Shown piece after piece: positions 29,501-38,400 of a DNA stretch of 64,000 bases (position 1 is the first letter of the stretch; every line of letters begins with the position of its first letter). The stretch comes from a virus. Made by a program: the position numbers and the translations under genes. The DNA is taken from positions 8,692 to 72,691 of the IMG/VR virus record IMGVR_UViG_3300022745_000026. One strand, 5' to 3'. The notes beneath the pieces are model-generated. The model did not search any database and had not been told where the DNA came from. It saw only the letters and a list, made by a program, of their open reading frames with translations.

Positions 29501-30851
29501 AGGAGGTGCAGTTAGTAGCGGTACTGACTGCGCCGGTGTTCAGGTTGAAGGCGGCAGCTGCTGCGCGGGTGGTGTTGTCCAAGCGAACAGTACCGTCCCC
29601 GCCAGTACCTAGCTTAATATAGGCACTATATGTATAGGTTAGGCCAGATGTGACAACAGGATTAGCGTAGACATATGGCACAGCATTAGAGAGTGAGCTT
29701 AGCTGTACGCCAGATACACCGCCATCAGGGGTTAATACAGAAACAACGGTACGTGTCGCAGAAGTATCGGTAGCCCACCCTACGTTAAAGAGTGTGGTAT
29801 CTGGTAGTAAGTTTCCATTTAGCCGGTAAAACTTATTATCAGCAGTTAGCTGATACATAGCTCCGCTTGTATCTACTGAAACATCAGCCAGTTTTACAGA
29901 AATATTATCAAAGTCTGCATACTCACCGCTTACCCAGTTGCTACCCCCAGACACAGTAACGAAGGTAGTCGTGGTTGTAGCTACGAAAGAGCCATAAGTT
30001 GTAACACCAGACACAGACCCCATAGTGAGGTTTAATAGGTTACTACCACCAGAGGTAGTTCCAACATAGAGGAACGAATTTTTACTTGCGGCATTGGCAG
30101 TGGTGAGGGTGGCTGTGATGTAATAGGTCTTTCCTACAACCGTGGTGATAGGCGTAGCTTGCGTAGCATTCGGGCCCGCACCGGTGCCAGTCACCCGAAT
30201 ACCCCCAGCGACGACGGATAGTGTGGCAACTCCACCTACCCATCCACTGGTGTCTGTAGCGAAAGTGCCGTTAGTCACCAGCTCTGGGTTCGCCAGAGAC
30301 GCAACATATGCTCGGGCAGTAGCTTCACTAGGCTGGCGGCCAATCCATCGGCTACCCCCAAGAGCTTCCGTGTACCAACTCTTGTCCGAGCAGCGCTTGC
30401 GCCACTCTCCACCATCAAAATCCTTCGACGTATCGTAGATGATAGACTTCACTACAGCTCCACCATGCAGCATCTTACCGATGCCTGCCAACTGCTCTGC
30501 GGGGGCCGTACTGGCTGCCCACGCTGCGAGGGCTAAGTCCTTCGCAGCGGCAGCGCTGGCTGCCGCTGTAGAAGTAGCGGAAGCGCTGGCTGCTGCTGCA
30601 GTAGCGCTGGCTGCAGCGGCAGCGGCATTAGTGATGGGGTTTGTAGCAGTGACAACGGCAGAAGCAGCGACGGCAGCGGCAGATGCAACTTGGGCTGCAG
30701 TCGTCAGCGTGTTGTTCTCTACGTTCTGAGCGTTCATGGCCGCAACGGCACCGGGGAGCCAAGCATGGTAGGCATCAGCCCTCACCGCAAAGTTCGGGGT
30801 GTCAACCCGACTTGGTGCCGGTGTCGTATTGATTGGGATGGTTACGGTCAT
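26562..30851 (-). CDS. large modular tail fibre / receptor-binding protein, paralog of 23877-26558
   Basis: Ala-rich N-terminal anchor, three NGTF.TDTSGW modules, WGAQLE module, LamG-like domain. Confidence 0.75.
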   Translation of the reverse strand: MTVTIPINTTPAPSRVDTPNFAVRADAYHAWLPGAVAAMNAQNVENNTLTTAAQVASAAAVAASAVVTATNPITNAAAAAASATAAAASASATSTAAASAAAAKDLALAAWAASTAPAEQLAGIGKMLHGGAVVKSIIYDTSKDFDGGEWRKRCSDKSWYTEALGGSRWIGRQPSEATARAYVASLANPELVTNGTFATDTSGWVGGVATLSVVAGGIRVTGTGAGPNATQATPITTVVGKTYYITATLTTANAASKNSFLYVGTTSGGSNLLNLTMGSVSGVTTYGSFVATTTTTFVTVSGGSNWVSGEYADFDNISVKLADVSVDTSGAMYQLTADNKFYRLNGNLLPDTTLFNVGWATDTSATRTVVSVLTPDGGVSGVQLSSLSNAVPYVYANPVVTSGLTYTYSAYIKLGTGGDGTVRLDNTTRAAAAAFNLNTGAVSTATNCTSSILALGGGWFRCSMTYTATSSAANTHDIVLLGTFLTGQGHYIWGAQLELGTVATAYKAVTGSAVSSATEVFRGITREFPALVAVVAETARVVIYDLTQASCPMWMVFTNGIGGYFAASNNSLSAANGTLAVAQNDRTVLVYFTADRGSRTHATASNYYITNIANRNGTLVMGQVLYTTYLPAGTNNDVSLTTLENAPTDPYTGLPTPTIAVATAGGVSVIKQDGTVLNSLNTERVDSVGFVGSTLFMGNRYATTDTFRFQELSSIAASWAPTSGMGYLFSGGAEDQSQIIPAAPYIFHRIDSAFTLNKLNKAFPSKSMRARVTNAYNTGWQVGDSRLAALASTTAETITDGSGTELVTNGTFATDTSGWTSGNSTLSVVSGAMRVTIAAGGSSGTAFQLITGLLVGRTYTVSLTFATGTSFAASISLGPGGVNGADYAYSGLAAGVNTLSFTATAANLGITLSNDGGSTGQYNDFDNISCKVTSEMINNGTFTTDTSGWTVLNGATFVQSGGAGLLTIAASQTFGAAYQAISCVVGRSYFVGITITPGTAANATLRVSNSTANAGEVVNSQTSASGRLTASFIATQTTHYLGLLNGGTATQTTAFDNISVKLAEPDRSVKNNGLVLNGTLTKTAVASGANLAAYSGFSASNYLEQPYSANLDFGTGDFCVMGWVTPSSLSSLGYLFGRQNTTPSGSRIYAYIAASTGVVNFTTTDGTTSVPISGGAVTVGSPAFIACMKSGASVYLYVNAVQVATATAATLTMNNATALFRLGVDHAAGNPALASLALWRISATAPSADQIAHIYRTELPLFQAGAQCTIAGTSTSVTALSYDEGTDTAHVGTSWGRSGFRDLLRVESEATTSSTLSSLSSVDGVVLTGSTTSGYVSAPSMYLRDEIRRKGTASKALAKQLIWQEFYATAGQTVFTLAKNGDVRAVYVNGIVRKSPADYSVSSDGFQNIITFTSGISAGIQVSVQTTRS

Positions 30852-32437
30852 GTGGATAGCCCTTGAATATCAAAGTTGCATAGGGAAGTAGAGTAGTATT
30901 CTACATTGATGGAGAAGTTTCGGATGTTTCCGAAGGTGGTGAGAGTGGCATATTCAGCCTCATCCGTGGTAATCCATGTGCAGGGTGTGGCCCTAAGCCC
31001 TGACAGGGTGTGGTAGACACTTCCGAGTTGAGCCTTGTCAAACAGCGTATCTACCTTTAGGTCCTTACTGTAGCCCTTCTGAACGAAGGTTGTAAGTCCA
31101 TTTGCATCAGTTTTCTTAATGCTGTAGTCAGTGATACCTATAGACGCCCCGTACTGTGAACCACCTAGATCAACTACCTGTCCAATACTTATATGCCCAC
31201 ACTGTACAGTTGAAGGCCCAGTAATCCTTATAGTTATATAAGATGAGCTATACATAGATAGGCTTGTATCCACATAGTCGGTCTCCTGTATTACAGTGGA
31301 GAAGTAGTATTGATACCAGTTTGATATATCTGCACCATCCAGGTTCTTCTTGACCACACTCATCAGCGGTCCACCTGGCTCAGACAGCACACTCACCTCA
31401 AGCGTCCCGCCGACCAAGCCGAAGATTCCGATGCCGGAACAGTAACCGGGTTGCAGAATATAAATCTGCTCCATACTGGACGAACTGGCGGTGCTGACCT
31501 GGGAGTCGAAAGCCGCCCAAGTGTTAGATGGCCCCTTGTTCAGCCAGTAAGTCGGCGATAGGTCTGGGGCATGCCCTACGTTAGGGGACAGGATGCACTC
31601 CCACACCTGATTCAAGTAGGTCACCCGGTCATTGATGGTATAGGTGGTACCCGCTGCGTAGGCCGCATTGGCATCAACCAAGTTGGTGTAAATCAGACCG
31701 CCGGTTGTTACATCGGCTGCCCGTGAGGCAGTGACGTGGGTTGTAGCGCAGTAGCTGGATAGCCCCCCCTGCTCATACTGTGCTCCCCACAGATAGGCCC
31801 CGGAAGCCCCATCCCCTGCGTATGAGCTGGTAGACCCGCTGACTAATTCAATACGGCTGGTCGCTGAGCCGGTGGTTAAGGCAGTGGCAGTCACAGCGAT
31901 TCTGTACATTCCGTTTGCAAGTGCCGTAACACTGCAGGTCAGCGTACCTGTACTGGTGAAGGCCCCTGTAGCCAAGTCAAATATAGCAAAGTCAGTAGGG
32001 GCGAAATTTGGTGAGTAGCCGGGCGAGATTCCTACTTGACGAGCCCCGGAGTAGGCTTTTATATGAACTGAGAAAGTGTAGGGCTGTCCTGCGGTGACGC
32101 TGCGACCTGCAGACGTGATGGTGTGTGCCCCTGTGCTACTATCCTCGACCAGTCGGTCCATAGATGCAGTGCCATCAGGTGCCGTTGCGGTGTTTACCGC
32201 AACGGTGGTGCCTGTTTTTGTCCATGCTACGTCCCCGAACTGGCTGCTATGAATTTGCAGGTTGGTGGTAGCCAACTCAGCCAAGAACCCATTACACACA
32301 CCAGTAAGCGGGTCAAAGGTGATGCGTGGGACATTAGCTGCTGCAGTCTGCAATACCCCAGAGCTATCCACGTAGGTCGCCGTGCTCGCTCTGGAGAATG
32401 ACCCGGCAGTCACCGGGGTTGGCTTGATTACTTTCAT
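30848..32437 (-). CDS. tail tip / minor tail protein
   Basis: Immediately after tape measure; SRASTATY...WGAQYE insert; beta-rich. Confidence 0.65.
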   Translation of the reverse strand: MKVIKPTPVTAGSFSRASTATYVDSSGVLQTAAANVPRITFDPLTGVCNGFLAELATTNLQIHSSQFGDVAWTKTGTTVAVNTATAPDGTASMDRLVEDSSTGAHTITSAGRSVTAGQPYTFSVHIKAYSGARQVGISPGYSPNFAPTDFAIFDLATGAFTSTGTLTCSVTALANGMYRIAVTATALTTGSATSRIELVSGSTSSYAGDGASGAYLWGAQYEQGGLSSYCATTHVTASRAADVTTGGLIYTNLVDANAAYAAGTTYTINDRVTYLNQVWECILSPNVGHAPDLSPTYWLNKGPSNTWAAFDSQVSTASSSSMEQIYILQPGYCSGIGIFGLVGGTLEVSVLSEPGGPLMSVVKKNLDGADISNWYQYYFSTVIQETDYVDTSLSMYSSSYITIRITGPSTVQCGHISIGQVVDLGGSQYGASIGITDYSIKKTDANGLTTFVQKGYSKDLKVDTLFDKAQLGSVYHTLSGLRATPCTWITTDEAEYATLTTFGNIRNFSINVEYYSTSLCNFDIQGLST

Positions 32438-35400
32438 GTTGCAGGGACCTCAGTAGTTTGTAGCGACTCACCGCCTTGAGTTACTTTCTTGAGCACTGCG
32501 CTGGTGTAGCCGGTGCTGCCAGCGATAGCGCGTAGCTCGTAACTCATATTCTCCAGTTGGCGGCTCTGTTGGCGCATGATCTCAGCTTGCTGGGCAATCA
32601 AGGCTTCCAGTTGTGCTGTATTGCTTCCTCCGGTGCCGTCAAGCAGGCTCTGAGTCTGTGCTGCATTATAGATGCGGCTGGGGCCAGTTGCCTCTAATTC
32701 GGGGCCATTCTCGCCCACCAAGCGCAACCCTCCGGTATGGAATCCACCTGTAGCGAAGGCGGGTATCGACTGGCCTAAGATGGCGGCAATGACCGCCCGC
32801 AATCCGCTGGCAGTTTTATCGGAGCCAGCGGCTACAGCGGCAGCGATTACATCCTGTGCGCTTCCGGTAGATGCCCCCAAGGCCAGCAGCTTCTTGTCGA
32901 TCATGTCTAGGAGAGCTAAGCTCTCAGACTTGTAGTCACCCATGGCCAAGATGTTCTTGTCCACCAAGGCTGCAACGCTCTCAGAGTCAGCCAGAACTTT
33001 GCTGACTAGGCTGTCTTGTCCGGTAGCCTGCAGAGCTTCGATCAGCGGGTTGATGAGGGAGTTCACCTTGTCGCCGGCAGCCGCCAAGCCTTCGCCTGTG
33101 GCGCTTTGGGCCAGCAGGGTTGCTTGAGCGAATTGAGACTTCAGGTCTTCAGCCTTCTGAACATCAGTCATTTGGCTGAATTTGTAGCTGCGGATTGTCT
33201 CGCGGATACCTGCGGCAGATTTGGCTAGCAGGTCAGCCAAGGCCTTCTGGGACTCATAGTATTTGACGGTCTCATCCTTCAACTTCGCCAGCTGGGTCAC
33301 TGAGGTAGAAGCCGAGTTCACGAAGTCCTGCATAGCCTTTTGGTAGGCCAGCACTGCCGCCTTGGCTACCGCTTGGGCGGAGGTTACTTGTGCCTGCAGA
33401 GCGTCACGAGTCGTAGTCTCAGCCACCAAGTTTTGGTTTGCTGCTGTCAGTGCCCCCTGACCATTTCCTCCCAGCTCGGTGATGATCTGGTTGCGTAGAG
33501 CCTGAGCCGAGTACATCTTAGCCTCAGAATCCTTCAGGGCTGCTTGGGCGCTTGTAAGAGCGTTGACAGCATCAATGTAGGACTGTGGGGTGTAGGCCTC
33601 TGAACTGCGGTTCCACCAGTCACCGACATCCCTCATCGCTCTGCTCGGGGTGGCGTTCACTACATCCTGAGCTTTAGCCACTGCGCTGTACTTGTTTGTA
33701 TAGTCAAAGTAAGCGTTACCGTAGTTGCTGGTAGCCGTGGTGTACCGAGTAGCATTGGCCTGTGCAGTATCAGCAGCAGCTTGGGCCGCAGTGATACGAG
33801 CGTTGGCGGCTGCGAGTTGCGTTGTCAGGGTGTTGAAGTTCGCGGCGGTGCTTAGAACTCCGCTGTTAGATGGGGCACCAGACTGCACGGAGGCAATGCG
33901 GCTCTCAATCTGAGATTTTGACATCGACTCAGGGGCAATGATGCCGATGGCGGCATCCCGCACTGCGATGCGCTCGGAAGAGATGTCACCCAAGACCTTG
34001 CCAATTCTACCGGCCAAGTCCTCGAATACCTTGGTGACTGTAACCATGAAGGTTTCAGTGTTCACAGAGGCCAGCGCAGCCGACAGCTTGGTGAAGTCGA
34101 TGTTGGCAGAGTCTGCAGCTATCGAGAGGCTGTAGATTTGCTGCTGCAGTCGGTAGGCCGCCTGCTGGGAGTCAGTAAATCCAGAAGTCAGCGGAGGTAT
34201 TTGGGCCTTGAAAGCCAGAACACTGCTTGCGCTGTCGCCCATGATGGAATTCATGAACAGCAACTCGTTGGACATGGCTGCAGAGGCTGCGGTGGCAGCG
34301 GCCAGCGAGCTGACCACTGGGGTAGCTGCAGTTGATGAGAGCAGCGTCAGGCTGGAGGTGACCAAGCCCAAGGACTGGACCACATCTCTTTGGCTTCCAG
34401 TGACAGCTTTCAAAATAGCCTCAGATGCAGTGACTGCGGCTTTGGAAGCCTCGTCAGCGAGCGTCTTCAGAGCTTCCGCTGTGGTGGCGAACTCAGGGGC
34501 CAAGTTCAGCAGCACGGCATGGGCTGTACGACCGGCCTCAGTGTTCAGGTCAAGGCCCTCTACAAGTGCCCGGAACCCTGCGTTTGTGCTTGGCAGGGCG
34601 TAGCCCAGCAGTGCCAAGGCCTTGCGCATCTTAGTCTGACTGTCTGCCACCTTCTCACCGCTGGTGTAGTAGGTGTCGTAGAAGGCTTGGCTGGAAGCGA
34701 TGAACTTGTCCAGACCGCCGTGGGCCTTAATCAGCTCGGCAGCGGCTGCAGCTCCCGAGATACTCACTGCGAACAAGGCGTGGTGGGTAGCTGTGAGCCA
34801 GTTGTTCACTGTGGACATACCAGAGGCCAGACGGGCCAAGGTCTCACGGGCCGACTCGCCTTCCAGGGCCATGCCGGCAATGTTAGGCACCAGCTTCAGG
34901 GCCAACTCGTCAGCCATACCCGTAAAGACCGCCAGTACGGTGTCGGAGGTAGCTCCGGCGGCTAGGTCTATGCTCTTGCTGTAGTTGGTGATGGAATCAG
35001 TGGACAGGCCCATAGCCTTGGCGGAATCTGCTGCCGCAGTCTTAACACCCTCAAAGGCAGTGGTCCAGCGCTTGGCGATTCCAGCATCAATTGCTGAAGT
35101 CTCTGTCCAAGTGCGGTCACTGGTGAACCAGCCCCCTTGCTGGTACATGTTGGCGTAATTCTGGCCGCTGAAGCCAGAAGAGCTGAAGGTGCCTCGTGTG
35201 CCCTGCTCCCGCACCTGAGTTTCACCATGACCGAAGGCACGACTGACCAGCCCACCAATGACACCCGCCACAGGTCCAATGCCGGGAATCATACTGGCAA
35301 TGCCTGCGATGGCATCAATGTTCAGGCCGTCAATCTTGAAGCCGCCGGACAGGGCTTTGCTGAGGCCGTAACCGCTGACGCCGTTCATTACAGAGCCTGC

Positions 35401-38400
35401 AATAACACCAGCCAGTTGGGCCCCGCCTGCTTGAGCAGCCATAGTGGCCGACTGCAGGGTAGCAGTGTTGGTCATACCTGCGCCGAACTCGCCCAACAAC
35501 TGGTTAGCCCCCTCACCCAAGCCAAGGGAGCTGGTGATGCTGGCTGACTTGTCCATCAAAAAGTTACCTACACTAGCACCTACGTTCATGCTGCCTGTCA
35601 GCTTGTCGTACAGGCCGCTCAGACTAGCGAGTATGGTTGAACCTGGACCACCTAGACCACCCAGAGCACCGGGTCCGCCCAATCCGCTGAGGAACCCTGT
35701 ACCACTGAAAGCGGGGCCGCCCATCATAGAGCTGAACATGGCTTGCATGTTCACCTTGATCGGCTTGCTAAGCTCATCTTCCAAGACCTTCTTCAGGTTC
35801 TTAGCGCTCTCTTCGCCGCCGGCGGTAAGACCACCGATTACAGCGTCAGCCAAGGACCCTGCCAGCTTGTCGCGCTCGGAGTTGGCCAAGATTGTTTTTG
35901 CGGTTTCCGCTGCGCGTTGTGTGATTCCGGCAGCCTTCTCGCCTTTTAGTTTATCCATCTCCGACCGGAGCGCTGCGATTTGAGCGTTGTACTTTTCCAT
36001 CAGCTCGGTGGCAGCGGTGATGGGCACACCACTATCCATTTGGGATGCAATCAAGGCGTCCAAGTTCGCTTGGGCCTCCTTCAGGTTGGGCACCAGCTTG
36101 TCGTACTGGTCATTCAAGGCTTCCTGTGCGGCTGCTGAAGCCTTTACACCTGCAGCGTAGGATGGGTCAGCGTAGCGTAGAGACTCGTCAAGCGCAGCGG
36201 CTGCGGCGGCCTTGACTTGGGCCTTGTCCTGTGCGTCCCAGAATTCTTGGGAGGTCTTCTTCAGGTCGTGCAGGGCCTTACCGACTTTGATGACTTCAGA
36301 CTCTATCAGGCGGAAGGTTGCGCTGGCTGCTTTAGCCTTCTCGGCGGAGATTTTCTCGAAGAAAGATTCGGCAGAGTTCTGGGCGCTGGAAATCTTAGTT
36401 TCCATATCCTTGACTGCCTTAGCCACTTCCTCTGATGTAGCTTGTGGGTTTGATTTTTTCCACTTATCAGTGGCTGACACGATGTTCAGAATACTGGTGG
36501 CATAGGCATCAGAGTAGGTCTTTGCATCATGCTCAAGTAGCGCAGTCTTCTCGTCAGAGAATGCCCGAGTCATAGCTAGAAGTTCAGCAAAATACTGCCC
36601 TTCTGTAATCATCTCTGCGTCCCGCTTCACCTTTAGGATTGCCAGCTTATCTGACTCTAATTTATCGAATAGGGCAAGCGCTGTTGTGTGACGCTTAGTC
36701 AGCTCAGTCAGGGTATTGTCTTGGGTGAGGTCAAGGGCAACCTTATGTGGCTTAGCCTTGCCGGCTTTAGCATCAAAAATATCTTCTTCAGAGCCTTGGA
36801 TTCCACGACGCTTAGTTTTAGATTCCGCCAAGTCGAAAGAGGCTATCTGCTTCTTGATTTGAAATAGCCTATTAGTGTCTGTAATAGTCTTTATCACGTC
36901 AGTGGACTGCTGCTGACGGATTTTTACCAACCTAGACTCCAATTCAGCTTGAGCTGTGGCATGTGCCATCTCTGGGTCATACATACTGTTACGTATAAAG
37001 TACAACTCAGACTCGGCGGCCAGCAAGCGCTCGATACCGGCCAGTTGGCGGTAGTATTCGTCAACCCGGCGCACAGCGGCTTCACCATAGGCCTTATCAG
37101 CAGCCTGACTGGCTGTCAGACCGTCTTTGCGGGCCTTCAAGGCAGACTCAGAGGCGGCCAGTTCGCTGGTAAGGCTCTCATTAAACAGGTTCATCTTCGC
37201 TTTGATGGCGGCAGACGATTCTTGCAGACCCTTCAGAGTTTTGGCGTCTTGCTTCTCCAGCGCTTCCTGAGCGCTCTCACCAGCAAAAATCCACTTGACA
37301 GCCAGAGCGCCGACGGCGGCAGTGGCGGCAATCACACCCAAAGTAACTGCTGCTATCCCGGCAACGAGCGCCCCCGTGGCCAAGGCTGACCCGGCAGCCA
37401 GTATTCCGGGGGCCAGAAGCTCTAAAGACATAGCCACGCCTGCAATACTGGAGCGCAGGGCTGCCATCACAGTGGACCCTACAGCCACCTCAGCCATGAA
37501 CGCTGTAGTTGCTGCCCGAACTGCGACGAATCCGGTAAGCAGTGCCGTCAGGGCTTCCTGGCCAAACAGTATGTAAGCTCCAGCTACGCCAAGCATTGCT
37601 TCCTTGTGCTCCCAAGCGTATTTAGTAGCGTCTACGAAGGCTAGACCCACGTTGACGGTTCCCTTGACCAAGTTCGCTAGGCCTGTCTGGAAACTGTCAC
37701 TGCTGAAGGTCTGGTGCAGTTGGTCAGCAAACACCATCAGGGAGTCAGACACAGAGCCAAACGCCTTGACTAGGCCAGTCTCTAAGGAGGCTTTCAGCGC
37801 ATCCAAGGACCCTTGAGGGGTCAGGCGCTTCTCAGCTGAAATGATAAAGTTCTTTCCGGCGGCGTTCTCAGTAGACTCTTTGCTCTTGGCTGCCATGATG
37901 TCGAATGCTTCGTTCACCGCCCTCACTCGGACGGCTGCAGCTTCAGCCTTCTTACCCTTGGCTTCAAGGGCCTCAGCCTCCTTGAGGTGCTCAGGAACCA
38001 TAGACTTCATGGTCTCCAAAGCCTTGGCTTGGGCAGCTGCAAAGGTCTTAGAGCCCCGCTCGTTAGACAGGCCTGCGAAGTAGCTGTCCTGTGAGGCCTT
38101 GGTCTTATTGATGGTGGCCAAGGTCAATTCACGGAATATCTCGATGGTGGGCTTGAGTTCACCGTCAGCCTCTCCGCCTATCTGGCGAATGTTAACTTTT
38201 AGCTGCTTCAGTGCCTCAGCTACTTTACCGCTGGTCTTAGTGATCTCAGTATAGAAATTACGATAGCTGGTACCTGCTGCTGAGCCTGTAATACCGATCT
38301 GTGCCAGTGAGCCCAAGCCTTCAGCAGTGTCAGCCAGAGATAGGTTAAAGTGCTGAGCTACTACAGAGGCAGTCTTAAACGCTTCAGCCATATCAGACAC

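Noticed and set aside
23877-30851. Diversity-generating retroelement acting on the fibres
   Set aside because: No reverse transcriptase in the window, and differences between repeats are not adenine-specific
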